This document shows positions 12,301 through 24,200 of a stretch of 58,046 nucleotides of DNA, piece by piece (the first letter of the stretch is position 1; each line of letters begins with the position of its first letter). The notes beneath the pieces were generated by a model that made no database searches, was not told the DNA's origin, and saw nothing but the letters and a program-made list of their open reading frames with translations. The position numbers and the translations under genes are program-made. The stretch lies in contig NC_068985.1 in assembly GCF_001194135.2 (NCBI RefSeq), forward strand, positions 36,582,305 to 36,640,350. Reading direction: 5' to 3'. The stretch is from Octopus bimaculoides. Taxonomy: Eukaryota.

Positions 12301-15300
12301 ACTTCCAACTCTACAAACATTTCTGTTTATATTTTCTTTTTTTAACTGCTTTCTCTATTTTTGTAGGATGTTACTCATTTGTCTGGCATGAAAACAGTAT
12401 GGTATTTACTGGAGATGCTGTCTTAATTCGTGGTTGTGGACGAACAGATTTTCAGCAAGGTAATCGAGTTATTCTACACTTAATAACAGTAAAATGTTAA
12501 CAAAGGTTTGTTTCACATATTTTCATCCTAAATATTTATCAATGTCATGATGACCTCAATAACTGAAGTAAAGATACAAATTGTTTTGTTGTTAATTACA
12601 TGTTTGTTGTTGTTCCTTCTTTTAAACCTGTCAGAATCATTAGTGTTGAACAAAATGACTTGTGGTAATTCTTCCAGCTCTTTACATTCTGAGTTCAAAT
12701 CCTGCTGAGATCAACTTCGCCTTTTGTCTTTTGGAGTCAATAATACAGTAGTAGTTAGTAACCTAACCCTTCCTCCCAAATTTTAGGCCTTACACCTGCT
12801 GTATTACAAGCAATTATTTTTGCTGTCAAAGAACGGCAGATAAAAAGAGTGTCAGAAAATATATATTCTGGTGTTTTAGTGACGAGTTTAAATATCACCA
12901 AACTTTCCAGAAATTATTGTGGAAAAAAAGAAAAAGAAAAAAAATCAAGTGAATAAGTGCCACTTATTCTGTTGTTTCAATGCTAGACACTGGGGCTTTG
13001 CACCAGTATAACTGAAACCATGGTTTATAAAGGAACCATTTTCAGAGATATACAACTCAAGAGTTTAATCAGTATCAAAATCAGTAAAGTGTGAATATAA
13101 ATAATGTCTTTGCAGTTCAATACTTCATGTCGGAGTTGTTGGCACTCCGTCGCTAACAACGTTGAGGGTTCCAGTTGATCCGATCAATGGAACAGTCTGC
13201 TCGTGAAATTAACGTGCAAGTGGCTGAGCGTGTACCCTTAACGTAGTTCTCGGGGATATTCAGCGTGACACAGTGTGACAAGGCCGACCTTTTGAATTAC
13301 AGGTAAAACAGAAACAGGAAGTAAGAGTGAGAGAAAGTTGTGGTGAAAGAGTACAGCAGGGTTCACCACCATCCCCTGCCGGAGCCTCGTGGAGCTTTTA
13401 GGTGTTTTTGCTCAATAAACACTCACAACGCCCGGTCTGGGAATTGAAGCCACTATCCTATGACCGCGAGTCCGCTGCCCTAACCACTGGGCCATTGCGC
13501 CTCCATCATATCGGAGTAGTGTGACACAATAGACTACATATGCATTGTCCAATTGCAAAAACGAGTGGAACATAAATACTTTACTTGACAAATAAGAGTT
13601 GGAGTCAGGATGGGCTTTGGCTTGTAGAACATTATCTCAAGGAGTCTCATTCAACCCATGCCATATATGTATGATGATGATGATGATATATCTCGATTGT
13701 GAAGGCATGTGGCTTAGTGGTTTGGGTATTCAGTTCACATTCATAAGGTCAGGGGTGCGATACCTGGCAGTGTGTTATGTCCTTGAGCAAGACACTTTAT
13801 TTCATGTTGCTCCAGTTCACTCAGCTGGTATAAATGAGTAGTACCTGTAATTCAAAGTGTCACCCTCATCACATTCTGTGTAATGCTGAATCTCCCTGAG
13901 AACTATGTCAAGGGCATGCATGTGTGTGGAGTGCTCAGCCACTTGCATGTTACTTTCACGAGCTGGATGTTCTGTTGATCGGATCAACTGGGATTCATTA
14001 CATAACCAACAGAGTGCCAGTTCTATATCTTGATTAATCAATGACGAAAGAAAAGGTGTTATGTTATCAACTTCATTAAGGCGGCGAGCTAGCAGAATCG
14101 TTAGCACACCAGGCGAAATGCTTAGCAGTATTTCGTCTGCCGTTCCATTCTGAGTTCAAATTCCACCGTGATTGACTTTGCCTTTCATCCTTCCGGGGTC
14201 GATTAAATAAGTACCAGATACACACTGGGGTTGATGTAATTCCTTTGTCTGTCCACTCTGTTTAGCCCCTTATGGGCAATAAAGAAACAGTTATCAACTT
14301 CATCAGCTTAGTGCTGTTTTTGCTATAAGAAGCATGCCACTTAGAAGTGAGTGCCTGTGCAGCAGTCTATAAATTCCTCAGAGCTATAAAATGGAAAGAT
14401 ATTGCATAAGCTTTCAGTTCTGAGTTCAACGTTTCTTATAGCAGAAACAGCTGTAAGCTAATGAAGGCGATTACGTAACTCCTTTTGTTTTGTTATTCAT
14501 TGATATTATGCTCTGTATTCTCCTGGCTTTTTACTTTAAAGCATAATACATATTGAATTCTAACAGCTGGTTTTTAATATCACTATGCCTAAGCAAAATC
14601 ATAAAATATAGATCTAACAAAGAATGGTAAACGTCTAGATAAGCAAGGCCCAGTTTATTAGAAATTCTGATATATGATTTTTAACTGTAAATATTATGAG
14701 AGTCAAGACTATTGAAAAGGTTGCAAAACGCAACAAAAATTTTAGGAAAATAAAAATAAGGAATAAGTGGAAATTTTACTGGTGTGTGTGTTAAACTATA
14801 AGGCACAAAAAGAAAATGACTCTCCCCAGACACAACAGATTATGTTCACAGTTTAACCATTTTGCTTTAAATACACCAATACAAACTCTGTAAAGTATGT
14901 ATAAATCTTTTAACTCTATCAACCCTGACAGAGCAGACCAATGATCAAAAGCATTCCAGCTATGATCATCCTCTCTCTCTTTACTGGTTTCAGTCATTTG
15001 ACTGCGGCCATGCTGGGGCACCGCCTTTAGTCGAGCAAATCGACCCCAGGACTTATTCTTTGTAAGCCTAGTACTTATTCTATCGGTCTCTTTTTGCCGA
15101 ACCGCTAAGTTACGGGGACATAAACACACCAACATCGGTTGTCAAGCGAAGTTGGGGGGGACAAACACAGACACACAAACATATATATATATATATATAT
15201 GTACATATATACGTCGGGCTTCTTTCAGTTTCTGTCTACCAAATCCACTCACAAGGCTTTGGTTGGCCTGAGGCTATAGAAGACACTTGCCCAAGGTGCC

Positions 15301-17866
15301 ACGCAGTGGGATTGAACCCGGAACCATGTGGTTGGTAAGCAAGCTAACTTACCACACAGCCACTCCTGCACCTATGTACATTTTGTTTGTCTAGAATAAC
15401 ATTGCACCTTTCCTTTAAGATGTGAGTTAAAGGAATTTGGCTGCTAACTTTGAGGCTCCTTCAAGAGTTAAGAGGCGAACACAGAGCTGTTGTCTTTTAT
15501 CGTGTTCCTTTTAGTGAAATGTAGGCTGTATGAAGCACACATTAGCAGGGTACTACATGATATCAAGGTATAGGTAACTGAATATTGATCTATAGAGGTC
15601 AATTAGGTAAGCATTTTTGCTTTGGATGCATAATATTGATTTCTAACATGGATCTAAAACTTTGAATGTGGAGAGAAAAGTAACTGTTGATTAAAATCCA
15701 ATCTCTGACTGATGCTATATCAAACTCAGAAGGATGAAAGCCAAAATTGGCCTCAGCAGGATTCAAAATCCAAACAAATACCATAAGGCATTTTTGTCCA
15801 AATGCTTTTACCAATTCTTCCCTTTTCGTGGATTGATAATATTAACATGCATAAGAACACTAGTTAGTCTGTCTCAGCTTACTAAATGTTAAAAGAATCC
15901 GTCTGTTTGGAGCAAAGCTTACTGGTATGAGATGTTAAGTGAAAGGACAGTGAGGTGTTCAGTAGAAGACACACACACACTAAGAAAAGATAAAAAATGT
16001 GGTATGGTCAAGTGAGAACTTGAAATTTTGTATCTCATTTATGGATGAAGGACTAGGATGGTTGTCAATATGCTCTAAGACAGACTGAGCAATTTGGGCC
16101 AGCAGGGGGAAAAAAATAAATCACACATTACAGAAAAGTACATTTTAACATATGTATATCATATTTATCAGGCTGTCAAAATTATCAAGCAGGCCAGAAG
16201 TCATTAGCAGATTTAATACAGTTTGGTAACCAAGGTGGTAGCTTCTTAAGGGTTGTCAGTTCATACAGGCATCACCTTTATATCCACATTATCAATTAAT
16301 GTCCACTTTTCCATGCCTCATGAGTCAGACAGAGTTCGAGGCTGAAGTTTCTATGCCATGTCATCAACCCTCACTTGTTTCCAAGTAATATTTTCCCATG
16401 TCCAGACACGTTTTTGGAGTATATTGGAAAACTTTGGACTCATTTACAACTATCACATGATGTCAAGACAAGGAAACTTTCACATTGTTTACCATATCCA
16501 CTGATAAGCATTTCGTTGACCCAGGGCTGTAGCAGAACATTTATGTGCATAAAGTGTCATGCAATGAGATTAAATCCAGAACCATGTGGTTGTGAAGCAA
16601 ACTTCTTACAACACAACTGCACTTAAGCAAAATTCTCAATTCTATAAATTAATCCTGATACCTGTTAATAATTTTCAATGCTGTTTTAATCAGTCAGCAA
16701 TGTTAAGTTCTTACTCCAATTAAAATTTATGTATTGTTTTGTTTTTATATACCTCTAACTTCCTAAGTGCACACACACACACGTTCTTGTTAATTGGAAG
16801 CTATTAAAAGAAATGAATTTATACTCTTTTTTCATTTAGGTTGTTCAGAAACGCTTTATGAATCTGTTCATCGAGAAATATTCAGTCTTCCAAGTCACTA
16901 CCGAATCTATCCAGCACATGATTACACAGGTAAGTTTCGTCATAGCCCCTAGGATACATTAACCTCTTGGGATACCCAGGCTGATTGATTGGCCCAAGTG
17001 ATACAAGCTAAAAAGACTTTGAGGCCGATCCATCGACCTCCTGTGAATGGTTGGTTTTGAAGTGTAATGGCTAATCAATAGATCTCAATAGCAAAAAAAA
17101 TTTGGTCTCTTCGGCTACACATACCAAAACACTATCTCAAAAGGGTTTTAAAAGAGTAAGGATATAAATTCTCATGAATTCACCTTTTTGAAGGAAAAAC
17201 CATCTGTAAATTACTATTTTACATTGTCTATGCTTGCATGGCTCTTAGCACTACATCTTACCATTTGTAAGAACTCTTTATCATCTTTAGGTTCCTTCCA
17301 TATGGATTGCTTAGCACTTTGTCATCTTTCTAGTACACTGCATTACATAATTCCTTTGCCTTGTGCACCCCCCCCTCCCAGCTAATTTGCATTGTTTAAC
17401 AATACATGTTCAATATTGATAAAAATACGCACCTCTCGTGATGGTTTTACAATAACTTATAATTTACTTTTTAGGAAATACAGTTAGTACTATTGCGGAA
17501 GAAAAACAGTTGAACCCTCGTTTAAGACGAACAAAGGAGGAATTTTTGGAAATTATGGCCAATCTGAAACTACCATACCCAAATCAAATTGGTGAGCTCC
17601 ATTTGTATTATACGAATTGTTGAGGTTAAAACTAAATCTATCTTAAATTGTTATAAGTTCTCTTGTAAGTGCAATCTTAGAAACTCAAGTATTGCAATTA
17701 AATCTATTGCTCCAGAAGCAGTTTAAATATGTTAAACCCTTGTGTTGTACTCAAACTTAAATGTCTAATTCAAACATTAGTTTTATTCACTATTCTGTAC
17801 GTTTCTTTTTCAGACAAAGCATTACCTGCTAACTTATTGTGTGGACTTCAACCAGACCTGCCATAA
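9132..17866 (+). CDS. ETHE1: Persulfide dioxygenase ETHE1 (metallo-beta-lactamase fold), spliced CDS join(9132..9276,10317..10502,12367..12459,16840..16929,17475..17591,17814..17866); 5' coding exon not found
   Basis: Manual splicing gives an open 227-aa frame: [27 protein letters not shown]...[14 protein letters not shown]...STPGHTNGC...[19 protein letters not shown]...IYPAHDY...NPRL...[15 protein letters not shown]. The HxHxDH, GHT, TGDA, PAHDY and C-terminal Cys motifs of ETHE1 are present. All introns are GT-AG and phase-compatible. Confidence 0.96.
9258..9319 (+). repeat. 31-bp tandem duplication spanning an ETHE1 5' splice site
   Basis: attaatcttacaattgttggtaagatgctaa followed by attaatcttacgattgttggtaagatgctaa (1 mismatch). 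Confidence 0.9.
10317..10502 (+). CDS. ETHE1: ETHE1 coding exon (186 nt) with metal-binding THVHADH and GHT
   Basis: ttttttttgcag|TCAACACCCAT...ACAAACG|gtaatt; lies within ORF 10286..10669. Confidence 0.96.
11145..11770 (-). mobile_element. RTE-family 3' tail with (ATC)n end and internal 26-bp minisatellite (~11320..11750)
   Basis: catcatcatcatttaa...ccagcatg tail related to 55320..55460; repeated gcactttatatgtggcaccagcatgg unit. Confidence 0.8.
12367..12459 (+). CDS. ETHE1: ETHE1 coding exon (93 nt)
   Basis: ttttgtag|GATGTTAC...CAGCAAG|gtaatc; [30 protein letters not shown]. Confidence 0.96.
13135..13503 (-). mobile_element. Second tRNA-headed SINE family; another copy at 57741..58046 (-) and an older + copy at ~13700..14035
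   Basis: 13165..13460 is near-identical to 57741..58046; the reverse complement starts ggaggcgcaatggcccagtggttagggcagcggactcgcgg (A-box-like). Confidence 0.85.
14080..14290 (+). mobile_element. Third SINE family (ggcggcgagctggcagaa...ttctgagttcaaattcc...); other copies near 34198..34405, 38415..38470, 10700..10870, 11790..11990 and 12630..12810
   Basis: Recurrent head and B-box-like gagttcaaattcc.ccgaggtc.actttgcctttcatcc. Confidence 0.8.
14975..15372 (-). mobile_element. tRNA-derived SINE, full-length copy (dominant family)
   Basis: Reverse complement of ggagtggctgtgtggtaag...ccgggttcaatcccactgcgtggcaccttgggcaag...microsatellite...ggcggtgccccagcatggccgcagtcaaatgactgaaac; same family as 43822, 55467 and 33480. 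Confidence 0.88.
16840..16929 (+). CDS. ETHE1: ETHE1 coding exon (90 nt)
   Basis: ttcatttag|GTTGTTCA...TACACAG|gtaagt; [29 protein letters not shown]. Confidence 0.96.
17475..17591 (+). CDS. ETHE1: ETHE1 coding exon (117 nt)
   Basis: ctttttag|GAAATACA...CAAATTG|gtgagc; [38 protein letters not shown]. Confidence 0.96.
17814..17866 (+). CDS. ETHE1: ETHE1 last coding exon (53 nt incl. TAA)
   Basis: ttctttttcag|ACAAAGCA...CCATAA; [17 protein letters not shown]. Confidence 0.94.
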
Positions 17867-17913
17867 AACAGTCATTATATACATTTATATTTTATTAGTG
17901 TGTGTACTCGAAA

Positions 17914-17919
17914 AATAAA
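17914..17919 (+). terminator. Candidate poly(A) signal of ETHE1 (AATAAA)
   Basis: First AATAAA 48 nt after the ETHE1 stop. Confidence 0.55.
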
Positions 17920-17947
17920 CAAAATCAATTAATTTCTGTGAGTGTAT

Positions 17948-17953
17948 TTTATT
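17948..17953 (-). terminator. Candidate poly(A) signal of U2AF1 (AATAAA; a second copy at 17891..17896)
   Basis: TTTATT on + strand 70 nt beyond the U2AF1 stop. Confidence 0.55.
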
Positions 17954-18022
17954 GACTTCTGAATGAAAATGATGAAAATAGAAAAACATTTTACAGTTGC
18001 ATGGCTATGGTGCATGATAAAG

Positions 18023-18203
18023 TTAAAAACGTCCACTTCGGCCTTCTCTCTCTCTAGAACGAGATCGCCTTTGATTCCTTTCTCGGCTTCTTGAACGGGA
18101 TCGTCTCCTTTCTCGGCTACGACTTCTATTGCCACGACGTGGTTGCTCTTGGCTCCGGCTGCGACTCCTGCTGCGGCGTGTTGGAGGTGAACGGGATCTT
18201 GAC
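18023..18203 (-). CDS. U2AF1: U2AF1 exon 8, RS domain and stop (181 nt)
   Basis: gtttcccacag|GTCAAGATCC...TTTTAA; [17 protein letters not shown]...REGRSGRF*; within ORF 18023..18223. Confidence 0.96.
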
Positions 18204-21200
18204 CTGTGGGAAACACATTCCACAAGAAAAATTAGCTTACAAGTTAAAGTGCTGACATTTTAAACAACAAAATGCTGTGTAAATTTCAACTTACTTTCGC
18301 CGGCGCCGAGTTCTACCATATAATTCTCTACGAAGTTCACGAGAAATAGGTTTCAAATGCATGAAATTGCAAAATCCTCCACGAGTGCACTCTCTGAAAA
18401 GATAAAACCACTTGATTAAAACCAGCTAATGAGCAAAATAACGAATATTAAATATGAAGATATTTAAGTTACCTTACCCCATTTCATATTGACGGCAACA
18501 AGCTTCCCTAAAGTCAGTGACTGGTGATAATTCTGCATGAATTGGGCGGCCATTAAACCAACGATTATTTAAGTCCTTAACAGCCTTTTCAGCATCTTCT
18601 TCATAACGAAACTGAAATGAAATGATTAAGAAGTATAGCACTAACTTTCTCAAATAGTGACTGGATTAATGAATAGATCTGTATATTTACAAATTTTCAC
18701 ATAACCAGAAATTAGGGAAAATGATTATCAAGTAACTAGATCGATAACTCCAAATTCTGTTCATTTGCATGATTAATTATTTATTAAATTGTCCAGCAGC
18801 ATGAAAAAGATGAATTTTGTAAAGTTGTTTAGTGATGCTAGATTTGGTCAAATGATTAAAGGGAGATGTAAAATGCATCTAATTCAAGGTAAATCTAGGT
18901 GTTGGCAACCAGCTAAGAAAAGATGCTCAGCTCATGAACACCTGTTCAGAACTTTATAACTTTTTGTTAGCTCATGTTACTGTGTCACGCCACACAATGT
19001 CATGGCAAGAGCAATATAAAATGCTTTACTTGTATTAATCTTTTTTATACCAGTTGAAATATGCTTAATTTTGGTAGCCTGGCCACATGTTTACATTGAA
19101 CACCAACATTTTCCAGTAACTGAAGCATTACTGAACTGACTTTTATTGTATTTATATGGTAACTGACAAGCGAGATAAAACAGCATTAACCAAAAACATT
19201 CATGAACTCCTTATTTTTAACTTCCTCTAACAATATATAATTAAACAGGGAAAAAATTCTATGGCAAGAGTACATGAATGGTAGGGAGAAATCCAGTATA
19301 AGTTATTGACATTATTCTGATATCATTGTCACATGTTCAGGAACATCAATAAGATATATTTACATTTTGATAGTTCATTGAAACAGTCCAGCAAACAGAT
19401 GAACTATTACAATTTTTACTTTTGTTTCAATATACAGAAGCTTTATATATTAGAGGCAGGTCAAAATAGTGGAGTTGGTAACATGTACAGTTTAATTGAA
19501 ATGAACTTATTTTTGACTTCTGGAAAAAAGTGTGATTGGTTTTAAATACACTCAACATTTATTAATATTGTGTATCTACTACCACCACTGTTTCTGTAAT
19601 ATTTGCTTGAATGTTAACACTGGTACCCTAAAAACTGCTATAAACTAAGAAGTAAATTTTTTTAATTGAATCAATAAAAAAAAAAAAAGGGGGTTTAATA
19701 ACTGAGATATGCAGCTCACATGCTAGGTGTGCTATTGGTTAGATGAAGAACTAAACTAAAGTAATGGTTTCACAAAGCTACATCATCATTTAATGTCCAT
19801 GTTCCATGCTAGGATGTATGGGAGGGTACCACAAGAGCCAGCCAGGCTGAAGCCTGCACCAGACTTGTTATTGTTTTGGCAGGATTTTTACAGCTGGATC
19901 CCCTTCCTAACACCAACCACTCAGCAGAATGGACTTAGTGCTTTTTACATTGCACAAATACAGGCGAGGTCAGTATTGGAAAGGTTTTTACAGCTGGATA
20001 GTAACACAATTTCTTTCAAATACTGGATGCAGCAAATAAGGCAAACTAAACACATAGAAATATTTCCTCCAGAAAACTTTATGCTTGATATTAAATCAAA
20101 TATGAGGCCTGATCAATAAATATCCGGACTGTTGCCATAGTAATGCACACATTTCAAGTAGCCCTATTTGCCTTAAGCTTAAAAAAAAAATTTTTTTTTA
20201 AAATCTAGTTTATTTCCAAAATATTCCATTCTCCATTTCATAAAACTCCTTGCACTGATAGGAACTTGCAAGAATGATATGCAAAAAGAGGTGGAACTAA
20301 AAACATACATGGTTGGTTAAAACCTTACTTTGCAATCTCTTTATCAAAACCATTAAAAAGGCTGGTCTAGAGAGAATTAACATTTTGCTAGAATGTAAAT
20401 AAAACATTTTAGATTGCATGAATGGATATAGGTTATGTGATATCCAAAGCAAATATTAAAACTACAAAACTAAAATTCTTATGGAAAAAAAAAAAGCTTA
20501 CCTTAACATATACATTGCCAACAAGATGATCACCCAGATTATCGCATACATTCATCTCTTCTATTTCACCATACTATAAAAAAGGGGGAATATGTTCATT
20601 AATAAACACACAAGACATTACATTATAGTCAACAATTTAAATATCAAAAAAGAAAGAAAGACACTATATGAAACCAAACTTCTTAATGTCATTAACTTGA
20701 GACTTTCTTACATATCAAAATGTACAGATTGACATAATTTACAATTGCTTCTTACAAGTTTTAATGCTTAATGAAATTAACTCAAATGGTTATTATCATG
20801 AGAGTATTCCAATATTTTTTTTAATTGGTTGCATACAATTACTTTACAGTATTGATGGATAAAAACAGTTAAGGAAATAGACTAAAGGGAACAAAATGCC
20901 AATATATATATTGATAAATTTATATATGAACATTAGCAGAACCAACTAAATCTTGTATATGTAGCATGTTGATTGAGCAAGCCTACTTTAAACATTTGCT
21001 CATTTTATGTTTGACATCAGTTCATGCACTAAAATTTGAATTTTACTTGAATAATATTTGCTATAAAATCACAACAGCACATTTAGTAGCTGAATTGACA
21101 GAAGAAAAATATTCCAAGAATTAGAACATAAGTGAAGCATAATAAGTACTCCTTTGTGGTCAAAAGTCTGGCACATAAAGACTTCAATCAATCAATAAAA

Positions 21201-24200
21201 GTTTGAACACAAAAATTTTCTGGTGAAATATATTTAAGTACATCAAAGCAATTTTTTCTAGATTAGTCTTTTGCATGCTGATACTTTCAACATGATTTCA
21301 AAGGTTTTTTGTTTTCCAATTAAAATAACTGTAAAAGATATTTGGAAAAACAAAAAAAATATTTGTTTCATCATGGATGACTGACAATGATATTTTTACA
21401 CAATTCTTTAGTTTGTTTTAGCAACCAGAACAACACCTTTTAAAGTATAGTCGATTACATCAATTCCAGTATGTATTCCATCAACACTGAAAGGATGGGC
21501 AAAGTGATATTGGACAGGGTTTCCACTATAAAGAGTTGTAACCAAGTACCACAGAGTAGTTATATATGCCAAAAACGCACTCAAAAGTGGTTTGATTTGA
21601 GCAGGAGACTTTGAGGTGCTACATTATGATAGAAAACTTCAATATTTTTTGATTTCTACTTCACTAGAAATAACTATTTCTAAATATATTTGAAAATAAA
21701 TTTTCAAAAGGTCCTATATATTTTAGGACAAATTTACATTCTTATGACATCTTCATATAATTCTGAAAACAATCCTAAGTATGATGGGCATCTATGTCTG
21801 AAGTAACAATTTGAAGCAAAATCATCTTTCAGAAAATGTAAGTTTAGGTAAAAATTGCCTCAGTAGGAAATTTAAATTAGAAATCAAAATAGTAAAAAAT
21901 TTTGTGATTCCATAAGCTAGAAATTTTTAAATGCTTATATATATGATTGAAACTGGAGTATAATAATCAGGAAATTGGCATTTTGAGTTCCCTTAGATGT
22001 CTAAATATCAACAACAAAGTGCCCAGTCTAAACAGTTTAGGAAAACTTGGCACTAATGTTCAGGAATATTTTAAGAAAACATTGTTGAGGAAATTATGAA
22101 CTGGAAAATGGAAACTGATTCCAAGTACACAATACAGTGCTTCAAAACAGAAAGAAGACACGTATCAGGTAACAGAATGGCAAAAATTAGCAAAAGAGAA
22201 AATTATTTGAAAATGATAAGACATGGAGAATAGGACTAATCTTGTCTGTTACTGCAACATGCTTGATAAAGAATCAATATATTGGCAGTAATTGAACCAA
22301 ACTCATCTTTAACAGAATGCCATGAGATGTATATCAAAATAAAATTATTGCATGACTTATTCATAATGAAATTGCAGCTTTGCAACTATGACAAAATACT
22401 GATTGTACATTTGTCTAGCAGATACAAGCAAGAATAGTCCAGCTAATGTTGGTTACATTCAACAGTTACACCTTTCATAATAAAGTCATGAAAGAGACGT
22501 TCTCATAAGAAAGAAAATTATCTAGAACATCCTCTGTATGAATTTAAGATAAATTTCTGAATTTATTCCTATGGCTTATAATTCAAATAAACATATACAA
22601 AAGTGAAAATATTTATAAATATAAATACAAAAGTTACAGGAAATGAGAAGTTAAGAATATGCAAAGCCCTGGTCCAACAGCAACAGTATATTTAATTTTT
22701 TTTTTTAGTTTGTTTTTAGATATTAAGAAAGTCATTATTGATACAAGCAGAAATGAAGCAATAAAAAAAATTAGATTCAATACAAAGTAAATAGAACTAT
22801 TTCTTTATTAAAATCTATCAAAAGCATGACATTTTAATTATTGATGCTTAAAAATCAAGCATTTTGAGTTAAGTGTTACTTAGAACACAATCTGAATGCC
22901 ATCATTTTTAAGCATTGCCCTTGCGCTTCAGTTAGAAAACAAAATATTTATAATCAAAACTGTATCATTATACATCAACTATACAAAATAAGCTAACAGA
23001 AAGTATCATTTTTAAGAAAAGTGCCATTCTAATTAAACAGACATTTTGATTCTATTAACTTATGTGATAAGAACTTGTCTTTCATTTTAATAGGCATTTA
23101 TCCACTGTTTCACACACATTGGTGTACTCATATATGCTAGAACAGGTCAACAATATTGCTTAAGCATTGACTAAATAGAATTGTGAGTAATGAAGAAAAA
23201 GAATGTTAAAAAAACTGCTTTTAGATAAATAAAACTTCAAAGTAATAATCAACATTTAGGGTGGACATTTGTAAATTATAAACTACCACAAAACCAATAA
23301 TGTTGTCTTTATTTACAGATTATTTATCTTTAGATCATAAAAATGGCAGTACTAATCAATAACTTAATATCTTATTTCCAAATAAACAAAGTTTGACCGA
23401 AATACTATTCAGAAATAATAGAGCAATATACACATATATAAGACTATAACTTTACATTTGAAATAACAAGTGAATTCTTATGTCCTCAATACATTATGGA
23501 ACAATGTACTAGCAGACAAAACTATAAACTAACAGTAGAGACAATGTTAATATTTAGAAATGAACAAAGACTTTGTAACCATTGAGTAAAATAATAAGCC
23601 TTGTCCTGAGAAAACATGAAAAACTTAAAGAAAAAAATATACTGACAAAAGAAAAGATAAATTTAGTGTTATAAACACTAAATATTAAGGAAGAATTTTC
23701 AAAGAATACATAGTCATAAATATACACAAACAGTAATAAACCAAAAAATAACAAAGCTAAGTAAGAGTTGGAGCCCATCTGGCTCTCTCAATATTTTATT
23801 TTTATACTTGCTTATTTATGAAGATTGACATGTGCACACACAAGCTATGACCAAATTTTTATTTAGACTTGAAAAGAATCTTAATTTTTAACATTAACCT
23901 TACATAATTGTCAAATTTCTTCCGTTTAAAATTTTTAAACATCCATTTTCCTCTTTGTAGCATGGATTTACAAATTTGAACATTTTCACACTGTTGGACT
24001 AGTTTCTATTACAGCTAAACATCAGTCCTAATAAAGTAGGAACGGAGCTTTTCAACTCAGCTGAAGCACACATACTTGCCCAGGGGGACACAATATGATG
24101 GCTAAAATAAGGTTTGAATTTGATATCGTGTGCTTCATAATTATTAATAGAAGTTACTACAGAAAAAGAAACATTCATACAGCTTTATACAGATTAGTAC

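Noticed and set aside
13430-13503. tRNA-like sequences at SINE heads (also ~15300..15372, 43822..43895 and 55470..55545)
   Set aside because: They are followed by SINE bodies and occur as diverged dispersed copies; not counted as functional tRNA genes.
17929-18225. Alternative-frame 98-aa ORF overlapping the U2AF1 RS exon
   Set aside because: By-product of the repetitive Arg/Ser codons; it starts in intron sequence and has no independent support.
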